Assembly (NCBI GenBank): GCA_045652525.1
Contig: JAZRUK010000043.1
Coordinates: forward strand, 8,973-72,972
Reading direction: 5' to 3'
DNA from: Candidatus Gastranaerophilaceae bacterium
GTDB taxonomy: Bacteria; Cyanobacteriota; Vampirovibrionia; Gastranaerophilales; Gastranaerophilaceae
DNA: 64,000 nt
A program made the translations under genes and the position numbers. Below, piece after piece: positions 37,103 through 48,283 of the stretch (position 1 is the stretch's first letter; each line of letters opens with the position of its first letter). Under the pieces are notes generated by a model. That model ran no database searches. It was not told the origin of the DNA and worked only from the letters and a program-made list of their open reading frames with translations.

Positions 37103-38443
37103 TTAATATGATGAGTGGATTGCCCTTAAAATGTATTCTTCAAGCATTTTTTTGTCTGAAGATTTTGATTTGGCATCATTAATCATAATATTAAATGCAT
37201 AAAGCTTGCCAGAACGAGTTGTAATGTATCCTGTAATTGCACTTATATTAGACAAAGTTCCTGTTTTTGCTTTTAGGTTATCACCCATATAAAGCATACG
37301 ATTCTTTAAAGTACCTTCTCCCGCAGAAGCTAAATACTCCTTGTATTCAGGCGAATTTTTATATAAAGCAAGTAAAAATTCAGTCATGAAATCAGAAGTT
37401 ACCAGATTGTTTTTTGAAACACCACTGCCGTCTACAATCCTTATATCTTCTGTGTTTATACCTAATTTTTTACAATAACTTAGAAAAGCTTCAATACCGT
37501 CTTTTGCAGAACCAGTTTTGTTTGAAAATTTCCCGCCAGCAAGTTTAAAAACAGTTTCTGCCACCATATTATTACTGTCGTGTAAAATTGCTTTTATTGC
37601 ATCATTTATAGATGTTGTAATTTTGTCAACAGAGTATATATTTTCGTTTTGCATTATTGTGGAAGGAATTGAGCCATAGTAATCAATTTTTGCAGCTCTT
37701 ACGGCTTCTTCAAGTCTTAGGATAAAATATCTTTTAGGGTAATTAATAGGGAATTCTATTTCTACTTGTTTAGATACAATTCCTTCAAGTTTTAACATAT
37801 CTGGAGCAACACTGTTATTTCTGCTTAATTTAACATTAGAATAATTTCCAGTTGTAACCAAATTCATAAATGTTGTTGGATAAAATTCTGATAATTTTAT
37901 TTCAGCAGGTGCGCCTACAACAGTTGGTGCTACTGCAACTGTAAGTAAGTTTCTATCAATATTATAGGCGCTGAATTTAGGCATAAGTGGATTAAGGTCG
38001 TCATCCCATTGCCAACCTTCACCCCATTCTGTGTTATCAATAATAGAATCATCGATTTTTATAGTTTTAGGAGTTATTATATTTTTTGATTTTGCAGTTT
38101 TGAAAAGTGTTTTCAAGTCTTTAGATGTTAAAAAAGGATCAGCTCCAAGTTTTAAAATTAATTCATTGTCGGTGTTTTTGAATAGCTCAGTTGTAAATTC
38201 ATAGTCGTAGCCTAGTTCATTTAAGGATGATGCAAGAGTCACAACTTTTAATGTAGAAGCTGGATTTACAGGTTTTTTACTGTTAAGTTCGTAAACAGTT
38301 TTTCCAGAGTTAACGTCTTTGACAGAAATAGAAATGGCACTGACATTAATATCAGAGTCTTTTAGCGCCCCGTTTATACTGGAAGCATTTGCTGCAAGCA
38401 TTGTAAAACATAATACAAAAAATAAATTTAAAAATTTCTTCAT
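37103..38443 (-). CDS. dacB: D-alanyl-D-alanine carboxypeptidase/endopeptidase (PBP4, S13 family)
   Basis: Signal peptide; NPASTLKVVT (SxxK); DGSG and KTGT motifs. Confidence 0.85.
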   Translation of the reverse strand: MKKFLNLFFVLCFTMLAANASSINGALKDSDINVSAISISVKDVNSGKTVYELNSKKPVNPASTLKVVTLASSLNELGYDYEFTTELFKNTDNELILKLGADPFLTSKDLKTLFKTAKSKNIITPKTIKIDDSIIDNTEWGEGWQWDDDLNPLMPKFSAYNIDRNLLTVAVAPTVVGAPAEIKLSEFYPTTFMNLVTTGNYSNVKLSRNNSVAPDMLKLEGIVSKQVEIEFPINYPKRYFILRLEEAVRAAKIDYYGSIPSTIMQNENIYSVDKITTSINDAIKAILHDSNNMVAETVFKLAGGKFSNKTGSAKDGIEAFLSYCKKLGINTEDIRIVDGSGVSKNNLVTSDFMTEFLLALYKNSPEYKEYLASAGEGTLKNRMLYMGDNLKAKTGTLSNISAITGYITTRSGKLYAFNIMINDAKSKSSDKKMLEEYILRAIHSSY

Positions 38444-39252
38444 ATAATTTTTACCTCGTAAGACTCTTTAATGTCATTTAGTATAGTACACTTTTCCCTG
38501 AATTTGTACATTTCTTCAACGTTTATTTGGCTTTGAATTATTCCTTCGCCTGTAAGCAATTCAGAAAGTACATTCCCATTATAATCTATAATTCTTGAAT
38601 GTCCAAGATTAAATTCGTTATTTCTCATTTCACCAAATTGGTTAACAGCAACCATATAAGTTTGGTTTTCAATTGCACGTGATTTTGTCATCATTTCCCA
38701 AGGTATTGGCTTAGTTGAAGCCCAAGCTGCACAATTAACAATTATATCAGCTTCAGCTTTTCTATATGCTCGGTATATTTCTGGGAATCTAATATCGTAA
38801 CAAATAGACAAACCTACCTTTATGTTATCAAGGTTAACCATCGTAGGGTGATTCCCTTGAGTAATAAATTCCCCCTCAGAGCATCCATAATAAGAATATA
38901 AGTGATTTTTATCGTATGTCGCTATTAAATTTCCATTTCTGTTTATCACTGGACAAGTATTAAAATAGTTGTTTTCTGTATCCTTTGTGATAAAACTTCC
39001 ACCTATTATATGTGCATTCTTTTCTTTTGCAAGTTGGGAAAGAAAATTTATAGTTTCACTCGAGTAAAGATTTTCGGCATTCTTTTGAAATTCATTGCAC
39101 GCCCATCCAACTGACCAAACTTCAGGCAACACAATTATGTCAGTTTTATCAATCTTATTGCATAATTGATAAACTTTTTCAAAATTAGATTGCTTATCCC
39201 CAATTTTTGCACACATCTGTATTGCAGATATGTTTATCTTCTTTTCTTCCAT
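38440..39252 (-). CDS. Carbon-nitrogen hydrolase (nitrilase superfamily)
   Basis: E-K-C triad contexts LPEVWSVGW, YDKNHLY and LSICYDIRFPE. Confidence 0.85.
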   Translation of the reverse strand: MEEKKINISAIQMCAKIGDKQSNFEKVYQLCNKIDKTDIIVLPEVWSVGWACNEFQKNAENLYSSETINFLSQLAKEKNAHIIGGSFITKDTENNYFNTCPVINRNGNLIATYDKNHLYSYYGCSEGEFITQGNHPTMVNLDNIKVGLSICYDIRFPEIYRAYRKAEADIIVNCAAWASTKPIPWEMMTKSRAIENQTYMVAVNQFGEMRNNEFNLGHSRIIDYNGNVLSELLTGEGIIQSQINVEEMYKFREKCTILNDIKESYEVKII

Positions 39253-39905
39253 AATTTTTGTTGTTTTGCTTTTTTGTATTCTTCGGGAGCTCTTTGTACT
39301 AAGTTGTTAATTGAAGCTTTGATTTGTTCTCCAATTTCTTCGTTAGTATCTTCATCTTTGATGTAGATAGGCTTACCGTAGATGTTTATGATGTGACAAT
39401 TTAATATTGGAGATTTCATTTTATCCCATGAAGGTAGGGTTACAAATGTTTTTTCCTCTGAATACCAGTGTGTAGGAACAATTGGAGCACCAGTTTCTCT
39501 TGCTAATTTGAAGACTCCACCTTTTATTTTATGCAAAGGTCCACTTGGACCGTCCATCATTATTGCAGCGCATTCGCCGTTTTTTAATCGGTCAATTAAT
39601 TGTAAAGTTGCAGAAACACACCCCTTTCTTGCAGAAGATCCTCTTACAACTTTAAATCCCATTTCTTCAACTGCAGTAGCAACAAGTTCACCGTCAGCAG
39701 AATTGCTAATTAATACATTTAGATTCCCTTTGTCCCTAATGCCGTATATAGCAAATTGGTTTTCGTGCCACATTGCATATATGCAAGGACTAATACCAGG
39801 ATTATCTATTTCTACAATGTGAGTGAATAGCTCCTGAAAATGCAATATGCTAGCAACGACGTTGATTAAATAAGGTTTTGTTTTGTTGTTTAATAATTTT
39901 ACCAT
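39234..39905 (-). CDS. DUF374-family (lysophospholipid acyltransferase-like) protein
   Basis: MWHENQFA...SNSADGELVA...GFKVVRGSSARKG pattern. Confidence 0.78.
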   Translation of the reverse strand: MVKLLNNKTKPYLINVVASILHFQELFTHIVEIDNPGISPCIYAMWHENQFAIYGIRDKGNLNVLISNSADGELVATAVEEMGFKVVRGSSARKGCVSATLQLIDRLKNGECAAIMMDGPSGPLHKIKGGVFKLARETGAPIVPTHWYSEEKTFVTLPSWDKMKSPILNCHIINIYGKPIYIKDEDTNEEIGEQIKASINNLVQRAPEEYKKAKQQKLWKKRR

Positions 39906-39986
39906 GTTTTTATTATAGCATAAATTTTTAGCATGTTAATAGATGTGTATTTGCCTGAAAACCTGGAGTTCATCCCTTTGTATGAG

Positions 39987-40014
39987 TTGCACATATTCTT
40001 TTTTGTAGTATAAT
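39987..40014 (+). promoter_or_regulatory. Putative tig promoter
   Basis: TTGCAC (39987-39992), 16-nt spacer, TATAAT (40009-40014). Confidence 0.45.
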
Positions 40015-40051
40015 TGCTTCAGAAGTACATGTATATAAAGGAAAGAGGCTT

Positions 40052-41371
40052 ATGAAAGTAACTTTAAAAAACGGAAAAGATAATGTTATTGATTTAGAAA
40101 TTATTGTTCCAGCAAAAGACGCAGCTGATGCTTATGGTAAAGCTGTTTCTAAAATTGCTCAGTATGTAAACATTGATGGTTTTAGAAAAGGTAAAGCTCC
40201 GCGTCCGATTGTTGAAAAACACGTTGGCGTAGAAAGAATTAAAATGGAAGCAATTGAATCTTTAGCTCCAAGAATGATTTCCAAGGCTATTGAAGAAAAT
40301 AAATTAGATGTAATTACTCAACCATCTATTACTTCTTATGATTTTGAAGTAGGTAAAGACTTAAAAGTTACTGTTCAAGTAGAAACTAGACCTGAGGTAA
40401 CATTAGGTGAATATAAGGGTTTAAATGTAAAAGTTGAAGATGCGCCGGTTGCAGCTGATGCAGAGCAAAAATCTATTGATAACCTATTAAATCAACATGC
40501 ATCTTTAGAGATTGTTGATAGAGCTGCTAGTGCAACGGATACTGCAGTTATTGATTTTGATGGATACGCTAATGGTGAAAAAATCGTTGGTGGTGAAGGA
40601 AAAAATTATCCGCTAGATCTAGGTAATTCTAGTTTTATTCCAGGATTTGCTGAACAAATCGTTGGGCATAGTGCAGGTGAAGAATTTGAAATATTCGTTA
40701 CATTCCCTGCTGAATATCATGACGAAAAATTAAAAGGTCAGCCTGCTACATTTAAAATCAAGGTAAATGAAGTTAAAGAACGTAAATTGCCTGAATTGAA
40801 TGATGAATTTGCTCAAAAAGTAGGACCTTTTAAAACAGTTGATGAGCTTAAAGCTGATGTTAAAAAATTCTTAGAAACTCAAAGAGAAAGAACTCTTAAA
40901 CAAAATTCTGAAAATGAGATTTTTAAAGCTGTAATTACTGCTGCTAAAGTTGATATTCCTCAATCAATGATTGATAGAGAAGTAGCATCTTTGAAGGCTG
41001 ATTACAAACAAAGATTAGCTTATCAGGGTATTAATTGGGATGATCTTGTAAAAGCTCAAGGCGGAGTTGATCATTTAGATGAAACTTTAACTGAAGATGC
41101 AACAAATAGAATCAAAAATTCACTTGTAATTGACAAGATTGCAAAAGAGGAAAATATTAGATTAGAACCTAAAGATCTAGAACAAAAATTTGCTGAGTTG
41201 GCTACTATGTATGGCATGCAGCAACAAGATGTCCTTAAACAATTAGGTCAATCACCAGAAATGTTAGGATCTATTTCTCAACAAGCATTGAATGATAAAG
41301 TAAGAGATTATTTAGTTGCAAACAACAAAGTAGAAGTAGTTGCTCCTAAAGAAAAAGTTGAAACAAAATAA
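40052..41371 (+). CDS. tig: Trigger factor
   Basis: GFRKGKAP ribosome-binding motif; central FKBP domain; tig-clpP-clpX synteny. Confidence 0.95.
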   Translation: MKVTLKNGKDNVIDLEIIVPAKDAADAYGKAVSKIAQYVNIDGFRKGKAPRPIVEKHVGVERIKMEAIESLAPRMISKAIEENKLDVITQPSITSYDFEVGKDLKVTVQVETRPEVTLGEYKGLNVKVEDAPVAADAEQKSIDNLLNQHASLEIVDRAASATDTAVIDFDGYANGEKIVGGEGKNYPLDLGNSSFIPGFAEQIVGHSAGEEFEIFVTFPAEYHDEKLKGQPATFKIKVNEVKERKLPELNDEFAQKVGPFKTVDELKADVKKFLETQRERTLKQNSENEIFKAVITAAKVDIPQSMIDREVASLKADYKQRLAYQGINWDDLVKAQGGVDHLDETLTEDATNRIKNSLVIDKIAKEENIRLEPKDLEQKFAELATMYGMQQQDVLKQLGQSPEMLGSISQQALNDKVRDYLVANNKVEVVAPKEKVETK

Positions 41372-41409
41372 ATAGAGTTTATAATTTTATAAAGAAAGGA
41401 ATTTAAATC

Positions 41410-42003
41410 ATGAGTTTTGTACCTGTGGTAGTTGAACAATCAAGTCGCGGTGAGCGTTCTTTCGATATTTTTTCAAGATTATTAAGAGAAAGAATTATTT
41501 TCTTAGGAACTCCTATCGATGACATGGTTGCTAATTTAGTTGTAGCTCAAATGTTATTACTAGATAGTGAAAACCCTGAAAAAGACATTATGTTATATAT
41601 TAATAGCCCTGGCGGTAGTGTTACAGCTGGTTTAGCTATTTATGATACTATGCAACATATTAGAGCTGATGTATCTACAATTTGTTTAGGTCAAGCTGCT
41701 TCTATGGGTGCATTCTTGTTATCATCTGGTGCTAAAGGTAAGAGAATGGCTCTTCCTCACTCACGTGTATTGATTCACCAACCTTTAGGTGGCGCTCAAG
41801 GTCAAGCTACTGATATTGAAATTCAAGCACAAGAGATTATTCGTATTAAAAAATCATTGAACGAAATCTTGGCTTCAAATACAGGTCAATCTATCAAAAA
41901 AATCGAAAAAGATACTGATCGTGACTATATCATGACACCTCAAGAAGCTCTTGAATATGGTATGATTGATAAAGTTGTTACCCGTGACGTTATAAAAGGT
42001 TAA
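41410..42003 (+). CDS. clpP: ATP-dependent Clp protease proteolytic subunit
   Basis: [19 protein letters not shown] (Ser) and IHQP (His). Confidence 0.97.
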   Translation: MSFVPVVVEQSSRGERSFDIFSRLLRERIIFLGTPIDDMVANLVVAQMLLLDSENPEKDIMLYINSPGGSVTAGLAIYDTMQHIRADVSTICLGQAASMGAFLLSSGAKGKRMALPHSRVLIHQPLGGAQGQATDIEIQAQEIIRIKKSLNEILASNTGQSIKKIEKDTDRDYIMTPQEALEYGMIDKVVTRDVIKG

Positions 42004-42022
42004 TAATTGGAGAATATACATA

Positions 42023-43324
42023 ATGCCTAAACATGATGATAGTAGACTAAAATGTTCATTTTGTGGTAAATCTCAAGATCAAGTTAAAAAGTTAATAGCA
42101 GGTCCAGAGGTTTACATTTGCGATGAATGCGTTGAACTTTGTAATGAAATTCTTGATGAAGAATTTTTCGAAGCGAAGGATAAAGACGGTGCGGAAGGCG
42201 AAGAAACTTCTAATGAAAAACCTATTCCAAAACCTCACGAAATTAAAGCGTATTTAGATGAATATATTGTTGGTCAAGATGATGCTAAAAAAGTTTTATC
42301 TGTGGCTGTTTATAATCATTACAAACGTTTAAAACATAATAAATCAGTTAATTTAAAAGAAAATGTTGAGATCCAAAAATCAAATATTCTTTTAGTAGGA
42401 CCTACAGGTTCAGGTAAAACATTGTTAGCTCAAACTTTAGCTAAAATGTTAGATGTACCTTTTGCTGTTGCAGACGCTACGACTTTAACTGAAGCTGGTT
42501 ATGTTGGTGATGACGTTGAAAATATTCTTTTAAGATTATATCAAAATGCGGAGTTTGATTCTGCTAAAGCTGAGCGTGGTATTATCTATATTGATGAAAT
42601 TGATAAGATTTCACGTAAATCTGAAAATACATCAATTACTCGTGATGTTTCTGGCGAAGGTGTTCAACAAGCATTGTTAAAAATGATTGAAGGTACTGTT
42701 GCTCACGTTCCGCCACAAGGAGGACGTAAGCACCCTCATCAAGAATTTATTGAAATTGATACAAGCAACATATTGTTTATTGTTGGTGGTGCGTTTGTAG
42801 GTCTTGAAAAGATTGTTGAACGTCGTGCTGGTGATGGCAATACAGTTGGTTTTGGCGCAAAAGCTCCTATGTCTCAAGCTGAAAAGGAAGCTGCCGCTAA
42901 TAAGATGCTTAAAAAATTACAACCGGAAGATTTGCTTAAGTTTGGTTTGATTCCTGAATTTATTGGTCGTATCCCAACTTATGCAGTTCTTGATCAATTA
43001 AATGAAAAAACGTTGAAAATGATTCTTACTGAACCTAAAAATGCTATTGTTAAGCAATATCAATGTCTGTTAAAAATGGATGGTGTTGAGCTTGAATTCG
43101 AGCCTGAAGCTATTGAATTGATTGCGCAAGAAGCTATGAAACGTAAGACTGGTGCTCGTGCATTGCGTTCTATTGTTGAAGAAATCATGTTAGATGTTAT
43201 GTTTGACGTACCTGCAAAGGATAATGTTGAAAAGCACGTTGTAACTGCTGATGCTGTTAAAAATAGAAACACAGCAGAATTAATTCAACTTCCAAGAGCA
43301 AATTCAATGGAAGCAAGTGCTTAG
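42023..43324 (+). CDS. clpX: ATP-dependent Clp protease ATP-binding subunit ClpX
   Basis: C4 zinc finger CSFCGK...CDEC; GPTGSGKT; IYIDEIDK. Confidence 0.97.
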   Translation: MPKHDDSRLKCSFCGKSQDQVKKLIAGPEVYICDECVELCNEILDEEFFEAKDKDGAEGEETSNEKPIPKPHEIKAYLDEYIVGQDDAKKVLSVAVYNHYKRLKHNKSVNLKENVEIQKSNILLVGPTGSGKTLLAQTLAKMLDVPFAVADATTLTEAGYVGDDVENILLRLYQNAEFDSAKAERGIIYIDEIDKISRKSENTSITRDVSGEGVQQALLKMIEGTVAHVPPQGGRKHPHQEFIEIDTSNILFIVGGAFVGLEKIVERRAGDGNTVGFGAKAPMSQAEKEAAANKMLKKLQPEDLLKFGLIPEFIGRIPTYAVLDQLNEKTLKMILTEPKNAIVKQYQCLLKMDGVELEFEPEAIELIAQEAMKRKTGARALRSIVEEIMLDVMFDVPAKDNVEKHVVTADAVKNRNTAELIQLPRANSMEASA

Positions 43325-43342
43325 TTTATAATTTAATAAATG

Positions 43343-43373
43343 AAGACTGACACAAAAGTGTCAGTCTTTTTTT
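43343..43373 (+). terminator. Terminator after clpX
   Basis: AAGACTGACA-6 nt-TGTCAGTCTT followed by a T-run. Confidence 0.75.
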
Positions 43374-43421
43374 GATTGTAATATTCTTGAACTTTACCGC
43401 ATTTTATGCGACAATTATTTT

Positions 43422-46283
43422 ATGGGAAAGACTTTAATTCTAATTGACGGACATGCGCTTGCTTTTAGGCAATATTTTGCATTGGAACGTACAAATATGA
43501 AGACATCAGAGGGAGTTCCATCTTGGGCTGTCTACGGTTTTTTTAAAGCTATATTTGATTTGTTAAATAACAAAAACTTAAAGCCTGATGCAATTTGTGT
43601 TGCATTTGACGTTAGTCATCAGACTTTTAGAGTTGAAAAATATGCTGAGTATAAGGCTAATCGTGAGGCAATGCCTGATCCTATGCGGATTCAGATGGAA
43701 CTAATTTATGAGGGATTAAGAGCATTTAATATTCCAATTTATACGAAAGAGGGATATGAAGCTGATGATGTTATTGGTTCAATTTCAAAGCAGGCGTGTG
43801 AGTTGGGGCACAAAGTTTTAATTTTAACTGGAGATCAAGATTCCTTTCAGTTAGTAGATAAAGATGGATGTGTAAAGGTTATAATCCCGTCAAAAGGTGT
43901 TTTAACAGAATACGATTGGGATAAAATTTACGAAAAATTAGGTGTTTATCCTGATCAGGTTGTTGATTATAAAAGTTTAAGAGGAGATACTTCTGATAAT
44001 ATTCCTGGAGTTAAGGGGATTGGTGAAAAGACGGCTGTTAAGTTGTTGGCTGAATATGGGCATTTGGAAAATATCTTAGAAGCCTGTCCTAATATGCCAG
44101 AAAATAATGTTAAAAAATGCTTGTGTAATGATTTAGAAATGGCTAAAACAAGTTATTTTCTCGCAACAATTTTAAGAGATCTTGATGTTAATTTTGATTT
44201 TGATGGGACTAAAATTAATCTTCCTGATGTTGCAGAAGTTACAGCTTTTTTAAGAAAGATGCAGTTTTATAGTTTTTTAAAAAATATAGATTCTATTTTG
44301 GCGTCTTTTGATAAAGATTTTGTTGTTACTGAACCAGTACATCAATTAGATGCCCCTGTTGTACAAACTACAACATCAGGGCAGATACAATTAGGACTAT
44401 TTTCAGAGGTTGTAAAGGCAGAAGTGAATAAGCAAGAGTTTAAATTTAATTCAAAGATTATAACAGATTTAGATGATTTGCAGAATTTGCTTGAGGTATT
44501 AAAAAATAGGAAGCTTTGTGCGTTGTATTCAGTTGCAAAGATTCAAAATGTATTTGATTGCCCAATACAAGGTATTGCTATCGCATTTAATGATGATTTT
44601 TCTGCTACTGACAACAGTTTTGATGCTGTAAGTAGTAATTCTGTTACTCAAACATTTTATATACCTATAGCTCATAGTATAGAAAAACAGTTAAAATTTA
44701 ATGAAATTTTACCTATTTTAAAACCACTTTTAGAAGATAAAAATATCTGTAAAATTTTTCACGATTCTAAAAAAGAATATAATATTTGGAATGCAAATGG
44801 TGTATCTCTAGATGGTGTTGTTTTTGATACTTTGTTAGCTAGCTATATAAAAGATCCCTCTAGAAATCACAGTTTAGATGTTCAAGTACTTGAAAATATT
44901 GATCATGTATTGAATTCTGCGGTATCTAATGAGGCTAAAGACAGTAATTTTGTAACTAATTTACCTTTAGTTGATGCTTCTAATTATGTTTCTGAAGTTT
45001 TGGTTTCACTGTTTGAGTTGTCAAAATTTTGGCTTAAATCTTTAGATAATAATGAATTAAAATTGCTGTATGATATTGAATTGCCACTTGCCAAAGTCCT
45101 TGCAGGAATGGAATTCGCAGGTGTGTCTGTTGATGAAGTGTATTTAAAGTCTTTATCTGATGATATGTCTGAATTGTTAAAATCGGTTGAGGCTAAAATT
45201 TTTGAAATCGCAGGAGTGACGTTTAATGTGAGCTCTCCAAAACAAGTCGGTGAGGTATTGTTTGAAAAATTAGGTTTAAAACCTAAGAAAAAAAGAACAA
45301 AAGCAAAGTATTCGACAAGTGCTGAAGTGCTTGAAGAGTTGGCTGAAGAACATGAAATTGCACGTCAAATTTTGACATATAGAAAGTTCTCTAAATTAAA
45401 ATCAACTTATACTGATGCATTACCGGAATTAATTTTGCCTAAGGATGGTAGAATTCATACGACTTATAATCAAACTATTACAACAACCGGAAGATTGTCG
45501 TCATCAAATCCGAATTTACAAAATATTCCGGCTCGTAGTGAAGAAGGAAACAAGATAAGAAAGGCATTCGTGCCTAGAGATATAGAAAATGCATTGATTT
45601 TATCTGCTGATTATTCGCAAATTGAGTTAAGATTGTTAGCTCATGTGTCAGCTGATAAAAATCTTATTGATGCATTTAATTCTGGTGAGGATATTCATAC
45701 AATTACGGCTTCAAAGGTTTTTGATGTGCCTATTAATGAAGTCACCAAGCAAATGAGAAGCCGTTCAAAAGCTGTTAACTTTGGTATAGTTTATGGTCAA
45801 AGCAAATATGGATTAGCGAAATCTCTGGGTATTTCACCAGCTGAAGCTGAAGAATTTATTATCAAATATTTTGCTACTTATCCAAATGTCAAAATGTATA
45901 TGGATAATATGGTTGCAACTGTTGAAACTCAAGGATATGTTGAAACTATGCTTGGAAGAAAACGTTATTTAAAAGATGAGATTAGTAGTTCTAATGGTAT
46001 GATGCGTGAATTTGCCAAAAGAGCTGCAATCAATCAGCCTATGCAAGGTTCAGCTGCAGACTTGATGAAGCTTGCTATGATTGATTTTGATAAGAAATTA
46101 AAAGATGCTAATTTAAAATCAAAATTGATAATTCAGGTGCATGATGAGCTTGTGGTGGAAGTTTATAAAGATGAATTAGATTTGGTTAAACAATTGGTGG
46201 TAGAATCAATGGAATTAGGACAACCTTTGGCAGTTCCACTTGTTGTAGATATTAATGTAGGTGAATCATGGCAAGAATTATAA
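43422..46283 (+). CDS. polA: DNA polymerase I
   Basis: 5' nuclease N-terminus (LIDGHALAFR); pol A motifs DYSQIELR and QVHDELV; 953 aa. Confidence 0.95.
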   Translation: MGKTLILIDGHALAFRQYFALERTNMKTSEGVPSWAVYGFFKAIFDLLNNKNLKPDAICVAFDVSHQTFRVEKYAEYKANREAMPDPMRIQMELIYEGLRAFNIPIYTKEGYEADDVIGSISKQACELGHKVLILTGDQDSFQLVDKDGCVKVIIPSKGVLTEYDWDKIYEKLGVYPDQVVDYKSLRGDTSDNIPGVKGIGEKTAVKLLAEYGHLENILEACPNMPENNVKKCLCNDLEMAKTSYFLATILRDLDVNFDFDGTKINLPDVAEVTAFLRKMQFYSFLKNIDSILASFDKDFVVTEPVHQLDAPVVQTTTSGQIQLGLFSEVVKAEVNKQEFKFNSKIITDLDDLQNLLEVLKNRKLCALYSVAKIQNVFDCPIQGIAIAFNDDFSATDNSFDAVSSNSVTQTFYIPIAHSIEKQLKFNEILPILKPLLEDKNICKIFHDSKKEYNIWNANGVSLDGVVFDTLLASYIKDPSRNHSLDVQVLENIDHVLNSAVSNEAKDSNFVTNLPLVDASNYVSEVLVSLFELSKFWLKSLDNNELKLLYDIELPLAKVLAGMEFAGVSVDEVYLKSLSDDMSELLKSVEAKIFEIAGVTFNVSSPKQVGEVLFEKLGLKPKKKRTKAKYSTSAEVLEELAEEHEIARQILTYRKFSKLKSTYTDALPELILPKDGRIHTTYNQTITTTGRLSSSNPNLQNIPARSEEGNKIRKAFVPRDIENALILSADYSQIELRLLAHVSADKNLIDAFNSGEDIHTITASKVFDVPINEVTKQMRSRSKAVNFGIVYGQSKYGLAKSLGISPAEAEEFIIKYFATYPNVKMYMDNMVATVETQGYVETMLGRKRYLKDEISSSNGMMREFAKRAAINQPMQGSAADLMKLAMIDFDKKLKDANLKSKLIIQVHDELVVEVYKDELDLVKQLVVESMELGQPLAVPLVVDINVGESWQEL

Positions 46284-46681
46284 AAATCTTATTAATTTCC
46301 CTATTTTTACTTCTACCGCTTCAAGTTAAGTCAGAAGATCTTAGTTTGAGTACACTTGTTACTGTTCAAAATGTGCCATTTGAGTATTGTACAAAGATTT
46401 TTAATACCGATGCAGAGAACTTGTTTTATTTAACCATTGCAAGTATTAATGCAAATAGATTTAGAGTAGATGAAATTCAGTCAAAAACGGGGTATGTCCT
46501 TTTTAATGCAGTAAATAAAGAATTCTTGGCATCTGTTATTAAAATTGACAATAAACATTCCTTGTTAAAAGTTACCCCAACAAACAATGTTTATTATTTT
46601 CAGCCTGGGATTGTGTTGAATTTGTTTAAATACATTGAATTAAATTATCTTGAAAAGCCTGTTGTCATAAAGGTTAATTAA
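46268..46681 (+). CDS. Hypothetical secreted protein (137 aa)
   Basis: Signal peptide; overlaps the polA end by 16 nt; no family recognised. Confidence 0.45.
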   Translation: MARIIKILLISLFLLLPLQVKSEDLSLSTLVTVQNVPFEYCTKIFNTDAENLFYLTIASINANRFRVDEIQSKTGYVLFNAVNKEFLASVIKIDNKHSLLKVTPTNNVYYFQPGIVLNLFKYIELNYLEKPVVIKVN

Positions 46682-47483
46682 GATTTTTAAATGCATCTTT
46701 AACAGTATTTTCTATATTAAATTCTTCTTCAATATTTTCTGTTGAAAGCCAAATTAAGTATTCAATATTTCCTGAAGGACCTTTAATTGATGAGTATGTT
46801 AGACCTTTAATTTTGTATTCAAGTGTTTTGGCAAAGTCTACAACATTTTGAATAACTTCTTTGTGAATTTTAGGATCTCTAACCACGCCTCCTTTTTCAA
46901 CATTTTCTTTTCCCGCTTCAAATTGAGGTTTGATAAGGCAGATCATTTCGTGGGTTTGAGGATGTAATAGTTTTTTTAGATTATCTAAAACTTTGGTTAA
47001 CGAAATAAATGACAAATCACTTACTAATAAATCTGCAACAGGTTCATTCTCCTCGTAGATATCACTGAAATTGCAAATTTTTAAATTTGTTTTTTCGATT
47101 GTTTTTACTCTTTTATCAGAGCGAATTTTCCAATCAAGTTGGCCATAACCTACGTCTGCAGCATAAACAAACTTTGCACCGTTTTGTAATAAGCAATCGG
47201 TAAAACCTCCTGTAGACGCGCCTGCATCAAAGCAAATTCTGTCTTTTACGATTACAGGGAATGTATCAAGTGCTTTTTTAAGTTTAAAACCACCACGAGA
47301 CACATAAGGCATAGATTTTACAACAATATCGTATTCTTTTTCTATATTTATTTGAAAACCTGCTTTAGTTATATATTCGTCGTTAATTTTTACGTTACCA
47401 GCTAAAATTGCTGCAGATGCCTTGCTTTTTGTTTCAAAATATCCAAGGTCTGTTAAGTATTTGTCTAAACGTTCTTTTTTCAT
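46674..47483 (-). CDS. tlyA: TlyA-family rRNA 2'-O-methyltransferase
   Basis: N-terminal S4 domain RLDKYL; FtsJ-like FDAGASTGGFTD. Confidence 0.88.
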   Translation of the reverse strand: MKKERLDKYLTDLGYFETKSKASAAILAGNVKINDEYITKAGFQINIEKEYDIVVKSMPYVSRGGFKLKKALDTFPVIVKDRICFDAGASTGGFTDCLLQNGAKFVYAADVGYGQLDWKIRSDKRVKTIEKTNLKICNFSDIYEENEPVADLLVSDLSFISLTKVLDNLKKLLHPQTHEMICLIKPQFEAGKENVEKGGVVRDPKIHKEVIQNVVDFAKTLEYKIKGLTYSSIKGPSGNIEYLIWLSTENIEEEFNIENTVKDAFKNLN

Positions 47484-48241
47484 ATTTTGAAAATCCTTTC
47501 AGCGTTTTTAGTTGTAATAGTAGCAATTTCTTCAAATGTAGTATTGCGAAGTTTCGCAATTTCTTCAGCTACGTATTTAACGTATGCAGGTTGGTTTTCT
47601 TTCCCTCTGTATGGAACAGGTGTTAAGTATGGTGTGTCAGTTTCAAGTAAAAGCTTATCAAGAGGAATATCAATTGCAACTTCTTTCATTTTAATTGCAT
47701 TTTTAAAAGTTACAACGCCACCTAAAGCCAAGTACCATCCCTCTTTTATGCATTCTCTTGCAAATTCAACGCTGCCAGAAAAACAATGCATTATAACGTC
47801 GGAGCCTTTGTTGTATTCTTTTAAAATATCAAAACTGTCTTTGTGAGCTTCTCTATCGTGAACACAAATAGGTAAATTCAATTCGTTTGCAAGTTTTATT
47901 TGTTTGACAAATACATCTTTTTGAATATCGTTGAATGTCTTATCCCAATAATAATCGAGTCCGATTTCGCCAATGCCGATGATTTTTGAGGATTTTGCTA
48001 AATCTTTGATTCTATCAATTAGGCTGTCATTCCAGTCTCTAGCTTCTGATGGGTGAACTCCTAATAAGCCATAAACATTATCGTATTTAGTTGCAATATC
48101 ATAAATTTTTTTTATGTCTTTTGGATAAGCACAAGGTACAATGATTTTTTTTACACCGTTACTTGAAGCGTTAAGAATAGCTTCTTCGGTGTTTTCTATC
48201 ATATCTATATGTGCGTGTGTATCTATCAAATAATTTTCCAT
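47480..48241 (-). CDS. tatD: TatD-family metal-dependent hydrolase
   Basis: IDTHAHID, GEIGLDY, VHDREAH and ETDTPY. Confidence 0.9.
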   Translation of the reverse strand: MENYLIDTHAHIDMIENTEEAILNASSNGVKKIIVPCAYPKDIKKIYDIATKYDNVYGLLGVHPSEARDWNDSLIDRIKDLAKSSKIIGIGEIGLDYYWDKTFNDIQKDVFVKQIKLANELNLPICVHDREAHKDSFDILKEYNKGSDVIMHCFSGSVEFARECIKEGWYLALGGVVTFKNAIKMKEVAIDIPLDKLLLETDTPYLTPVPYRGKENQPAYVKYVAEEIAKLRNTTFEEIATITTKNAERIFKI

Positions 48242-48283
48242 ATATTGATTATATCATAATAATTTTGTGCTATAATTTGTGTC